Shown: positions 37,586 through 47,806 of the stretch, piece by piece
Position numbering within the stretch: the stretch's first letter is position 1
Layout: each line of letters opens with the position of its first letter
Assembly (NCBI GenBank): GCA_963800555.1
Contig: CAWDBH010000008.1
Span: 48,258-112,257 of the forward strand
Direction of reading: 5' to 3'
Length of the DNA stretch: 64,000 nt
DNA from: an uncultured Candidatus Micrarchaeota archaeon
GTDB taxonomy: Archaea; Micrarchaeota; Micrarchaeia; Anstonellales; Bilamarchaeaceae
Notes under the pieces: model-generated
What the model saw: only the letters and a program-made list of their open reading frames with translations
Told to the model about the DNA's origin: nothing
The model's database searches: none
Position numbers and translations under genes: made by a program

Positions 37586-38113
37586 ATGACCCTTGAGATA
37601 CGCTCCATGATAGTGCGGGACAAGCAGGCCTTCGTGCAGAAGGACGGCATGATGCGCCTGATAGGCAAGCCCATAGATGTCGCGAAGAAATGGACGGAGC
37701 AGGGCTGCAAGCTCATACACATAATCGATTCCGATGCGCAGAAGGGCATGTCGACCAACCTCGACATATACGACAATCTCACCTATTTCGTGAACGTCCA
37801 GGTGGAGTGCGCCCCCGTGCCCGCGATATTCACCAAGCTCCTGACGCTAAAATGCCGGATCGTCCTCCCCCCTTCCGCCGGCGCTTCCATAGCCGCGATG
37901 GCCGAGAAGAAGCTCCTTGTCGCGAAGATAGCCTCCGGTTCCTCTGTGAAAGATGCGGAGCTCAAGCCATTCCACGATGTCATATTGGAGGATGCGGACG
38001 ACGCATCCGTGGAACGGTTCGATTCCCTGGGGAAGAGGGTCATAATCTACGAGAAGGACAAGGGCAAGCTGAAAAACATGAAAAAGGTATGGGGCGTCAT
38101 TTCGACTTCTTGA
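37586..38113 (+). CDS. Short, divergent HisA/HisF-like protein
   Basis: GKPIDVAKKWTEQGCKLIHIIDSD...NLDIY resembles the HisA N-terminal half; only 175 aa. Confidence 0.6.
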   Translation: MTLEIRSMIVRDKQAFVQKDGMMRLIGKPIDVAKKWTEQGCKLIHIIDSDAQKGMSTNLDIYDNLTYFVNVQVECAPVPAIFTKLLTLKCRIVLPPSAGASIAAMAEKKLLVAKIASGSSVKDAELKPFHDVILEDADDASVERFDSLGKRVIIYEKDKGKLKNMKKVWGVISTS

Positions 38114-39084
38114 TTATCTTGCTCTTGGCCTGGGCGAGCTTGGCTGCCAGCGAGAGTTTGGCTGCGGCGATGTCCCGCTCCGTCTTGCTTTTCGGAGCAG
38201 CGACTTTCGCGATGCTTCTTGCGACCGGAGCGATCCTGGCTTTCTGTGCTTCGGGCGCTCTCGGAGCGGGCCCGGGGGGCATCATGATCCTGCGCATGGG
38301 CTTTGGCTCTCCGGCAGGCGGTTCCATCTCGATCCTGGGAAGCGGAATGGATCTGGGGGCCTGTTCTTTAGGGGCAGGCCGCTTAACCGGGCCTCCGAGG
38401 GTGAATCCCTCCGAACCGATGGTGGCGGGGTGCGGCTTCATGGAATGCGCGACTCCTTTCATCTTGAGCACTTCTATGTAACGCTGCCTCTCGCCCTTCT
38501 CCTCGTCGAAGCGGTAAGAGATATCTATCCAGCCGTCGGTGAATTTCTCTATCCCATAGTTAGATGTCGGCATCTCCCAGCCCGCTTCCGGAGTGGTGTC
38601 TTCGGATAAGATGAGTGTGGTGGTCTCCCATTTCCTGACATTCTCGATGAATTTGAGGAAGCCTTTCTTCCGCTCATCGTCGCTATGGAACTGGAGCGCG
38701 ATTGGCATGACCGAATCGATGACCACGCGCTTGGCTCCGACGCTGTTTATCAACTCGGCCACCGCGGTTGATTGGCCAAGTATCTGGTCGACCTCATGGA
38801 CCGGATAATCCAGGAAAATGAGCTTCCGCTCGCCTTCTGCTTTCGCGATATCCCACACATATCCGCTCATATGGAACATGAATTCCTGCCGGTTCTCCTC
38901 GATGCAGATGTAGACCCCTACCTCGTCGCTCTCATAGGCGCCGTTGTATAAGAACTGGAATCCAAACGTGCTCTTGCCGCTCCCAGACGGCCCTCCGACT
39001 GCGACTATAGAATTCTGCAGGAACCCCCCGCCGAGGTATCTCATCCAGACCCGGGATGCCGCTCTTGATGAATTTCCTTTCCAT
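38097..39084 (-). CDS. KaiC/RAD55-like ATPase with a 1-nt frameshift near 39035
   Basis: MERKFIKSGIPGLDEI followed by (+1) LGGGF...GPSGSGKST, RVVIDS and IEVLKMKG; Pro/Ala/Lys-rich tail. Confidence 0.85.
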
Positions 39085-39088
39085 CCCT

Positions 39089-39583
39089 TCACCCCTTCCT
39101 GTCTTTTTTGTTGAGGATCTCCTTTCCCATATCCGCTCTTCTCTTCATGTTCTCCTTCATCTGGGTCAGCTCCTCAGGATTCGCGACCTTCGTGAGGATA
39201 TATCTCTTGTATTCTGCCGTGGTGGCCGACATGTTGCCGAGGAGGTTATGCGCCTCGCTCAGCGGCAGCTTGATCTCGTCAGGCCTGAGTATCTCGGTGC
39301 TGAAAGGGCTGTTCGTCATGCAGATGCTGGCGAGCGTGTTGAAATCGATCGTGAGTATCTTGACGATAACGGAGGTGGTCCAGTTCATGTTCTTCTCACC
39401 GCCTACGGGCTCGTTTATCTCTCCGAGGGCGTATACCACGCCTTGCTTGGCGATCAAGGTGTTGACGAATCCTGTCCCGAGCTCCTGCACCATCTCTTTG
39501 GTGGCCGCATGCACATCGAAATAAAGCATGGCCAGCACACCGCCGTTGGCGATGGTCTCTTTAGTTACTTTCTCGACATCCAT
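39089..39583 (-). CDS. Hypothetical protein
   Basis: ORF closely coupled to the KaiC-like gene; start at MDVEKV assumed. Confidence 0.7.
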   Translation of the reverse strand: MDVEKVTKETIANGGVLAMLYFDVHAATKEMVQELGTGFVNTLIAKQGVVYALGEINEPVGGEKNMNWTTSVIVKILTIDFNTLASICMTNSPFSTEILRPDEIKLPLSEAHNLLGNMSATTAEYKRYILTKVANPEELTQMKENMKRRADMGKEILNKKDRKG

Positions 39584-39695
39584 ATCAAACACTCTGCCTT
39601 GCTCCAGTACGGAGCGTTTAAACAATCGCAATCTGCTTATTTCCAGAATATCCTTTATTAATACCCCCCAGACATTCTTTCTATAGGTGCTAATC

Positions 39696-41009
39696 ATGTG
39701 TGCATGGAAAAACGAGAGGCAAGGACGCCCCAGAAGACCCCAAAGCGAAGGTGCTCCGCAGAGAGAAAGCGGTCAAAGAAGCCCGGCAAGTTCTGATCAA
39801 GGAAACCCGCGGCCATCCTACAATCGCGAGAGGAGATACCCTCCACGAGAAGGAAGGGGCGGTGAAAGATACACTCCAAGCGAAGGCGCTCCACGGCGTG
39901 AAGGCGGTGAACGGAGATACCCTCCGCGTGAAGGGGAAAGGAGATATCCACGCGAAGGAAGCCATCAAGGGGGCGAGAGAAGATATCCTCCACGCGAAGG
40001 TTTCCAGAGGGGTGAAGGTGGAGGCGAAGTGCGGGAAGCGAACAGGCCCTACGCGAGCGGTGAAAGGAGATACCCTCCACGCCAGGTGGATCGCCGAGAA
40101 GGCGGTTTCCGCGGCCCGCCAAGAGAAGGCGGATACTCGAAGCCTCCGATCCCGAACGACCGTGGCGGATATGACCGCGCCATGAAGCGCGAGAGGTTCA
40201 TGTCACGATCCAAGGAAAGCGTGATGGAAGCGCTGAGGAGCAGGGACATGCTCCTCGCCAGCGTGACCAAGGCGCAGGACGACCTGGACAAGACGATCAA
40301 CCTCCTCGGCGAGAGGCTCGAGGACTGGTACGGCATCTACTTCCCGGAGCTGCGCGCGGAGGACAAGCTCAAATACGCGGAGGTCTCGCTCATAATAGAC
40401 CGGGAGAATTTCGATGAGAGCACAGTGCTCGCGATACTCGGCCCCAAGGCAGCCGCCGGGCTCTCCGAAGCTTCCAAGAAGAGCCTCGGCGCGAAGATAT
40501 CTCCGAAGGATCTCGACCAGTGCAAATCGCTGGCGAGGACCGTCGTCTCCTTGGACACGCTCCGCAGGGAATACGGGACCTACCAGAAGGAGATCGCCCT
40601 GGAGCTATGCCCGAACCTCACGGCGGTCGGAGGGTACGAGATCGCCGCGAAATTGGTTTCCCACGTGGGTTCGCTTGCGAAGCTGGCGATACTTCCGGCA
40701 AGCGCCATACAGGTGCTCGGAGCCGAGAAGGCGCTTTTCAAGCACCTCAAGAACCGGAACATCCCTCCGCCCAAGCACGGCATCATCTTCCAGCATCCGA
40801 AGATCTCATCTTCGCCAAGGATGGTCCGCGGGAAGATCGCCCGCGCCCTCGCGAACAAGCTTTGCCTCGCCGCCAAGGCGGACGCTTTCAGCAAGCGGGA
40901 CATCTCCGCTGATTTGAAGACCGGTTTCGAAACGCGGTTCGCGCAGATCATGAATCAGTACGAGAGCGCCAAGGCCAAAGGCCAGGTGCCGCGGGCCCCG
41001 GAAGAATGA
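39696..41009 (+). CDS. nop5: Nop5 (NOP56/58) box C/D sRNP protein with a long low-complexity N-terminus
   Basis: ERLEDWYGIYFPEL, LPASAIQVLGAEKALF, PKHGIIF and RGKIARALA motifs; AGGTG-N6-ATG start. Confidence 0.93.
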   Translation: MCAWKNERQGRPRRPQSEGAPQRESGQRSPASSDQGNPRPSYNRERRYPPREGRGGERYTPSEGAPRREGGERRYPPREGERRYPREGSHQGGERRYPPREGFQRGEGGGEVREANRPYASGERRYPPRQVDRREGGFRGPPREGGYSKPPIPNDRGGYDRAMKRERFMSRSKESVMEALRSRDMLLASVTKAQDDLDKTINLLGERLEDWYGIYFPELRAEDKLKYAEVSLIIDRENFDESTVLAILGPKAAAGLSEASKKSLGAKISPKDLDQCKSLARTVVSLDTLRREYGTYQKEIALELCPNLTAVGGYEIAAKLVSHVGSLAKLAILPASAIQVLGAEKALFKHLKNRNIPPPKHGIIFQHPKISSSPRMVRGKIARALANKLCLAAKADAFSKRDISADLKTGFETRFAQIMNQYESAKAKGQVPRAPEE

Positions 41010-41013
41010 TCGG

Positions 41014-41637
41014 ATGAGGATCCTGGCAGTGTCCGATATCCACGAGGAGGAAGCCGCGCTCGAATCGATCGCCGCGCTTTCATCGTCATACGATCACGTT
41101 TTCGTGTGCGGGGACATCTCGCGCAGCGTCTCGTTCGCGGAAGAGCTAATGAGAATCCCCAACGCGTTCATAGTCCCGGGCAACTGGGACAACGAGCAGG
41201 TGGGTCAGGCCCTTTCGAAATCCGCGCATTACGTTCATGAAAAGCGCGTCGAGATCGAGGATGGCCTGAACGTCGTGGGATTCGGATATGCGCCTCCGAG
41301 CCCGTTCTTCACGTACGGGGAGATCAGCGAAGAGGAGATATACTCCAGGATGAAGAAGCTGAAGATAGATGGCAACACTTTACTGCTGATGCATTCGCCT
41401 CCGAAAGGCTACCTCGACACAGGGTCATTGGGAAGGCACATCGGGAGCGAATCGATACTGAGAATCATCCAGGAGAAGAAACCGCTAGCCGCGTTCTTCG
41501 GCCATGCGCACGAGGCGCTCGGCATCGAGGAGCTGGACGGGACCACGCTCGTGAAGATCCCGCCTGCCAATTCAATGCGCGCCTGCGCGGTCACCGAAAT
41601 GCGTAAAAGAATTCACGCGGAGTACATATCGCTATGA
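41014..41637 (+). CDS. Calcineurin-like metallophosphoesterase
   Basis: SDIH, CGD, PGNWD, HSPP and GHAHE motifs. Confidence 0.92.
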   Translation: MRILAVSDIHEEEAALESIAALSSSYDHVFVCGDISRSVSFAEELMRIPNAFIVPGNWDNEQVGQALSKSAHYVHEKRVEIEDGLNVVGFGYAPPSPFFTYGEISEEEIYSRMKKLKIDGNTLLLMHSPPKGYLDTGSLGRHIGSESILRIIQEKKPLAAFFGHAHEALGIEELDGTTLVKIPPANSMRACAVTEMRKRIHAEYISL

Positions 41638-42035
41638 TGGAATGGATGATAACGCTGCGCACGGCCATGCATTCAGACATGGACGATGCCAAAGGCTTCA
41701 TACGCAAGCTCTTCCCCAGGGCAATGGTCAGCGTAGCCGATGATGACGTGATAATCTTGGCCGAATACAACAACCGGATAGTCGGCTTCGCCCATATGAT
41801 AGACGAAGGAGACCGTATGGTGCTCCAAGGGCTCGGTGTGGATGGCGAGGCGCGTGGCCGCGGCGTGGGGACGTTGCTCCTCCAGCACATCCTGAACTCC
41901 ATAGACGAGGACGTCCCGGTGATGCTCAAAGTAAAGGCCATGAACCCGGCGGTGGACCTCTACGCGAGGCACGGCTTCTTCGTGAAACGGATGAACGACC
42001 ACACGCTGACGCTGGTCAGGAAGCCGAACGCGTGA
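41634..42035 (+). CDS. GNAT acetyltransferase
   Basis: LGVDGEARGRGVGTLL and NPAVDLYARHGF motifs. Confidence 0.9.
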   Translation: MMEWMITLRTAMHSDMDDAKGFIRKLFPRAMVSVADDDVIILAEYNNRIVGFAHMIDEGDRMVLQGLGVDGEARGRGVGTLLLQHILNSIDEDVPVMLKVKAMNPAVDLYARHGFFVKRMNDHTLTLVRKPNA

Positions 42036-42082
42036 ATAGATTCCGTTAATAAGAATTTGCAATTGAAGTTTTGATTACTCAT

Positions 42083-42155
42083 GGGGAAGTGAGCCAACCT
42101 GGTATGCTGCTAGCTTTGGGAGCTGGTTATCTGAGTTCAAATCTCAGCTTCCCCA
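42083..42155 (+). tRNA. tRNA-Pro(TGG)
   Basis: GGGGAAG/CTTCCCC-A acceptor; CTAGC-TTTGGGA-GCTGG anticodon arm; CTGAG-TTCAAAT-CTCAG T arm; followed by a T-tract. Confidence 0.9.
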
Positions 42156-42283
42156 TTTTATTTTTGCTAATTTTTGCCTCGCAGCAAAATTCGCAATCTG
42201 GACAAATAGGCTCGCGTTGAACGCGTTTTCTCCTCCTCGGAACCCGACGTATCATTTATATAGTTAATTGCGAAAAACACCAC

Positions 42284-43438
42284 ATGGCAACCAGAAAGAT
42301 CCGACTCCCCAGCATAGAGGTTACTGGGTACCTCGAAGAGAACAAGAAGAAGATAAAACCGCCCCAACGCGGGGCGCTAGCGCAGGACCGCTACAGCTTA
42401 TCGCATTTGGCAAGCATCCTCACCAGCGGGACGCGACTGGCGATGCTCAATGCCGTGGACCGTCTGCGAGGAAGGGTCCGCGTGCTCGTCGAGCTCGCAT
42501 CATTCTCCACGTTCCAGTACGTGAGGCTCGCGGCCATAGAGAACCTGGCCGATGAGATCGAAGCCCTGGTCGATATCGCGAAATTCTGCCAGTACAGCGA
42601 CACGCGCTCTGCCGCAGTGGATGGATTATCATCAGAGACGAACGCGCTGTCCGAAGTATCGTGCTCCTCGCTTTTCGTCGATACGCGGCTCGAGGCCGTG
42701 AGCACCCTGACGGATCCGCAGGCCCTCTCATCAGTCGCCGCCCGCTCCCCGCACAAGGATTCCCGGAGCGCTGCCCTAGGGAAGATCGCTAAGAATCCCG
42801 CCGCACTGAAGAGGGTCGCAGAGGATTCATCCTACCGCACCTCCCGCCTCGAGGCCATAAAATGCCTCTCGAACGATATCAAGACGCTTTCCTCGCTCGT
42901 CCTCTCATCCAGGAACGCCGAGGTCAAGAAGACCGCTGCCTCCATGCTCTCTATCTACGTGGAAGAGCTCGATGACCCGGAGACGCTCGCCGAGATCGCG
43001 AAGCAGTCCCCGAACGAGGATGCACGATACCTCGCTGTCGGGAGATTATCCGGGGATCCGTGGGCGTTGCGCGGCATAATAGCGGACGCGAAATACGCGG
43101 ACGCCAAAAGCACCGCCATCATGCTGCTCTCCGATATGGTGCCAGAGCTTCAGGACGCTGAGATACTCTCCGATGTCGCGGTCATGTCCCCATACAAGGA
43201 CTGCAGGAGCGCCGCTATAGAGCGGCTCGCAGGCCAGAGCAATTCTCTGCTGAATGTGGCATCGAAATCCCGGTTCAAGGAATCCCGCGACATGGCACTC
43301 AACCTGCTCAAAAGCGACGTCGAGGCGTTGAAAAGCGCATCGAAGCTCTCGCGCTACCACGACACGAGAAAGAAGGCGCATGCGATGGTCTCGAAGCCGG
43401 ACGTGTTCCAGAACGAGCTGGAGCGGATACTCGGTTGA
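42284..43438 (+). CDS. Alpha-helical (HEAT-like) repeat protein
   Basis: ~25-aa repeats of the form L..VA..S.Y.D.R.AA+..L. Confidence 0.8.
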   Translation: MATRKIRLPSIEVTGYLEENKKKIKPPQRGALAQDRYSLSHLASILTSGTRLAMLNAVDRLRGRVRVLVELASFSTFQYVRLAAIENLADEIEALVDIAKFCQYSDTRSAAVDGLSSETNALSEVSCSSLFVDTRLEAVSTLTDPQALSSVAARSPHKDSRSAALGKIAKNPAALKRVAEDSSYRTSRLEAIKCLSNDIKTLSSLVLSSRNAEVKKTAASMLSIYVEELDDPETLAEIAKQSPNEDARYLAVGRLSGDPWALRGIIADAKYADAKSTAIMLLSDMVPELQDAEILSDVAVMSPYKDCRSAAIERLAGQSNSLLNVASKSRFKESRDMALNLLKSDVEALKSASKLSRYHDTRKKAHAMVSKPDVFQNELERILG

Positions 43439-43540
43439 ATTTTATTTTTTATTTCTTATCCTGGCGCATCGTCTGCAACCAATAGTCCAAATAAACCCAA
43501 TTAGTTATAAATACTACCACACACCGTATCTGCCGATCTC

Positions 43541-44128
43541 ATGGCATTCAAGGAGAGGCGGCTGTCGAATCTCAGGAAGGCTATAGATGGGGCAACGCAA
43601 TCCAGGCAGGATGCATTCGCTCGTATGGCAAGGAATTTCGGACCCGATACGCTCGAGCTGATGGATAATCTCGCCGCGGAAGGCTTCTATATCCGCGATG
43701 GCATAGTCAACCGCATTCAAGGCAAATGGCGATCATACCCCAAGATGTCGCTTGCGCAAGCGAGTGAAGCGATGAAGCTGAGCAGGCTTCCGGCGGAGAA
43801 GCTGCCCACCGAAGTTGTTGAAACGCCTCTAGCAGCGCTCGCGAGAACTCATAATGTCATATTGCCGGCCGAAGCACTCTCTTCCGCTGGGATAACACGT
43901 GTGAAAGACTTCTTGGAAGCACCACAAGGAAGGTTGTCCGAAGCGATTGGCGTTGAGGGTTACCAGGAGCTGAGGCATTTTCTGCTCTTTTGCGGCATAA
44001 GGACCCGCACGAATCCACCGCCATCGTATATAGGGACATCAGAAATCGTTTTCTTCGGAGAGATGGTCCTCGGCATGCGAAGGGATCCGCCGGAAGATAT
44101 CACGCGGATGTTCCCTTTTGGAATTTAA
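43541..44128 (+). CDS. Hypothetical protein
   Basis: 195-aa ORF preceded by a TATA-like TTATAAATA. Confidence 0.6.
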   Translation: MAFKERRLSNLRKAIDGATQSRQDAFARMARNFGPDTLELMDNLAAEGFYIRDGIVNRIQGKWRSYPKMSLAQASEAMKLSRLPAEKLPTEVVETPLAALARTHNVILPAEALSSAGITRVKDFLEAPQGRLSEAIGVEGYQELRHFLLFCGIRTRTNPPPSYIGTSEIVFFGEMVLGMRRDPPEDITRMFPFGI

Positions 44129-44258
44129 GCCCCCGGAGCAGTCAGAGGGCTTATCTGAGAACTCCCTTTACACTGCGGTGCCAATATTCGCATCAATTGT
44201 AAAATAGCCCAAAACAGCACATCTGCACGATGGCCGACCTTCCGCTGGAGTTGGGTGC

Positions 44259-45452
44259 ATGAACAAGGTGGATATATACGACTTTCAGCGCAGGCTAGAG
44301 CAAGCGATGGATAAGCTCAGGAAAGATAATATAGGCACGGAAAATATTCGCGATATATCCTCATTCTCCAAAATCAAGCTTGCCAAGGGAGTATCGCCCG
44401 GAAGGGCTGCCAAGATAATCCATTGCCTCCGATTGTTGGCAAAACGGCTCAGAAAACCCTTCAGGCAAGCCACAAAAGACGATTTGATTGCCCTAGTCGG
44501 AAATCTCGAAAGAAGCGACTATGCTGAGCATACAAAGTACGACCTAAAGGTCATGCTGAAAATGTTCTACAAATGGCTCAAAGGAAATGATGAATCCGCC
44601 CCTCCGGAAATCGCTTGGCTGAAGAAAAGCAAGAAAAACCTAAACCATAAGCTCCCCGAAGACCTGTTAAGCGAAGACGAAGTCCTTCAGATGGTCGAAG
44701 CCGCGATAAACCCTCGCGATAAAACCCTGATTTTGGTATTATACGAGACTGGCTGCCGGATTGGTGAACTCCTATCCTTACAGATGAAAAACGTCAATTT
44801 TGACCAATATGGCGCGGTTCTGAGGGTAACTGGTAAGACTGGCGACCGGAGGGTTCGGATTATCAGTTCAGCGCCGGTTCTGGCCTCCTGGCTCAATGCC
44901 CACCCTAGGGCTAATGATCCGGACGCCTGGCTATGGTTCCAATACAAGAATAACAAGAAAACCGATAAGTGCCTGAGGCATGGAACGGTTTATGCGACGC
45001 TCAAGAAGATTGCCAAGAGGGCTGGAATCCAAAAGAAGGTATATCCTCACCTTTTCAGGCATTCAAGAGCTACGGCCCTGGCAAACAAGCTGACGGAAGC
45101 CCAGATGAAAGAACATTTCGGTTGGGTCCAGGGTTCTGAGATGGCGGCTACCTATGTTCATCTATCAGGCCGGGATGTGGATAACGCTTTCTTGAAAATA
45201 CATGGTCTGGTTCAAGCTGAGAACGCTCAAGAAGAAAAACTAAAGCTCAGAATTTGCCAGCGGTGCAAGGATCATAACTCTCCAAGCTCGAAGTTTTGCA
45301 CAAAATGCGGTTTGCCTCTGGACGAACAAACGATGGCTATGATTGAGAATAAGCGGGAGAAGAGCGACAATCTCATGAACAAGCTGATGGACGATGAGGA
45401 ATTCAAGAATTTTATGATGAAGAGGATTGCCGAATTGAGGCTAAATCTTTGA
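44259..45452 (+). CDS. Tyrosine recombinase/integrase with C-terminal zinc ribbon
   Basis: LYETGCRIGE, KTG, HLFRHSRAT, FGW, YVH and CQRC...CTKCG motifs. Confidence 0.95.
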   Translation: MNKVDIYDFQRRLEQAMDKLRKDNIGTENIRDISSFSKIKLAKGVSPGRAAKIIHCLRLLAKRLRKPFRQATKDDLIALVGNLERSDYAEHTKYDLKVMLKMFYKWLKGNDESAPPEIAWLKKSKKNLNHKLPEDLLSEDEVLQMVEAAINPRDKTLILVLYETGCRIGELLSLQMKNVNFDQYGAVLRVTGKTGDRRVRIISSAPVLASWLNAHPRANDPDAWLWFQYKNNKKTDKCLRHGTVYATLKKIAKRAGIQKKVYPHLFRHSRATALANKLTEAQMKEHFGWVQGSEMAATYVHLSGRDVDNAFLKIHGLVQAENAQEEKLKLRICQRCKDHNSPSSKFCTKCGLPLDEQTMAMIENKREKSDNLMNKLMDDEEFKNFMMKRIAELRLNL

Positions 45453-47806
45453 GTTCGCTCCACGACGATGGTTTATGAAATATGCTTGTGTCGTTCGGGG
45501 ATATATAAAGGGATGGCGAATTCAATAGCTCTGAGGCGTATCTCTTGCGAGTTCAGCATCAGGAAAGCCTGTTTTTACTGATTTTCGAGGATGGGAATTC
45601 GCCATACTTCAAGCGTTCTGGGCGTCAATTCGCTTGAACCCGCTCAAAAAGTCAGGGTGAATTATTGAATACCCTCTCGAGTGTTTCTCTGATGTTTGTT
45701 CTAGTTATTCTCTTTTTCGCGCTCTCACAACTATCTATATGGTCAGAACGCTTGTTTCAGTGTGTTCTGGGCTTCAGAACGTTTGAAGCAGTGTGAAAGC
45801 AGTGTGCTTGTTTATATACGCAAAATAGGCGTAACACACTGGTTTTTAGGGGTCAGAAAAGCGGTGTGCAGCGCTTCTTTACACAATAACTCTCGCTCTC
45901 TCATCTCAGGGCAGGAAAAATGCTTGATTCAATGTGCTAATCACGTCGATGAGCCCTAAAAAGCATTGTGCTTTTCATTGTGTTTCTTTATAAACCTGGA
46001 AACGCTTCTGCACAATGATTTCAAGGTCAAAAAAGGCATTGTGCTAACCGAAGAGACGAGTCTTCAATAAGGTAATAAATCTGTTCGAAGTTATGATTAC
46101 GGTGCTATTTTGTCAGATGCCCAAATGGAAGCCGCAAGGAAAGAAATCGAAGAACTCCTAGTGAAATTCAAGCGGGATTCCGAAAGCGGGCGAACCAAGA
46201 CATTGAAGGAGGAGAACACAAAGAAGGATTACATAACTCCTCTTTTCCGGGCCCTCGGATGGGATGTGGAAAACAAAAATGCATCCGACGAAGTAACAAA
46301 TGAAGACAAAATATCAAGAGGAAGGGTTGATTATGCATTCCGGCTGCATAGTATCCCAAAGTTCTTTCTTGAAGCAAAAGCCATGGATAAGGGGCTAGAT
46401 GAAGCCAAAGATGCGATTCAGGCGATTAACTACGCGTGGCATAAAGGCGCGACATGGGCCATTCTCACAGATTTCAAAACGCTCATTGTTTACAACGCAG
46501 AAGTGAAAGAGGAGAATCTTTCGAACTGCCGGTTCATACAGTTGACTTGCGATCAATATCTAGAGCAGTTTCATAGATTATGGTGGCTTTCAAAACCTGC
46601 ATTTCAAGAGGGACTGCTGGACAAGGAAGCCCTGAGTTGGGGCAAAAAACTTAGGAAGACAAAAGTCGGAGACCAATTGCTTCAAGAGCTCATGAGCTAC
46701 CGGATGGCGCTCTCCAAGAATATCCTGAAGAACAATTCCAGTAAAAACCTTTCTGAGGAGGAGATAGACGAAGCGGTACAGAGGATAATCGACCGCCTGA
46801 TTTTCATAAGGACAACCGAGGATAGGCTGGTAGAAGAACCGGTTTTACGACCTCTGGCTCGAGAATTCGATGATAAAAAACGAGGGAAACTTACTACTTC
46901 GCTCAATGAGGTTTATCTTAGATTTGATGATACCTACAATAGCCGGCTTTTCAGCTTCAATCCCAACGATAAAACGCAGAGACACCTATGCGAAAGCCTG
47001 GAAATAGACAATGAAGTTCTAATCGATATCATCAATGGCCTCTATCAGAGCAAAGACGGGCTAACACACTACGATTTTTCGGCAATAGATGCGGATGTCC
47101 TTGGGAATATTTACGAGCAATACCTTAGCCATATCCTAAGAAAAACCGAGAAACGGGCCAAACTGGAAAGCAAGGAGGCACATCGCAAAGAGCAGGGGAT
47201 TTACTATACTCCAACATACATAGTCGAATATATCATCAGAAATACTCTTGGCGAAGTCCTGAAGCGGAAGAAATCAGAAGAGGCCGATAAAATCAAAGTC
47301 CTTGACATGGCTTGCGGCTCCGGCTCTTTCCTTTTGAAGGCTTTTGATGTGATAGACGCGCATCACCAGAAGAATGATAAAGAATACGCCCAGACAAAGC
47401 TGGACCTTGAGAACGAGTCTGCCAGGATAACCAAGAAGATAAAGATACTGAAAAACAATATTTATGGGGTTGATCTAGATCCGAAAGCGATTGAAATAGC
47501 CCAGCTTAACCTCTTGCTCAAGGCGGCTGAAACCCGCCATCGCCTTCCAGATTTGAGGGAGAATATAAAATGCGGGAACTCAATAATTTCAGACCCGACA
47601 GTTGCTGGAGAGCGTGCCTTTGACTGGAACAGGGAATTCGAGGCGATTATGAAAGATGGGGGGTTCGATGTCATTATTGGCAATCCCCCTTATGTAGATA
47701 TCAAGCAGCTAGAACCAAGAATTGTTAATTATCTTTTCAATACATATCCGACAGTTGAAAATAGAATGAATCTATACTCTGTTTTTGTAGAGAATGGTCT
47801 AAAATT

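Noticed and set aside
39820..40090. GGAGATACCCTCC repeats as a CRISPR array
   Set aside because: They are coding repeats of the Nop5 N-terminal extension, with irregular spacing, related intervening sequences and no cas genes.
42083..44258. tRNA-Pro as attachment site of the integrase island
   Set aside because: No repeat of its 3' end was found near 44.1-44.3 kb or 61.8-62.7 kb, and two ordinary genes lie between it and the integrase.
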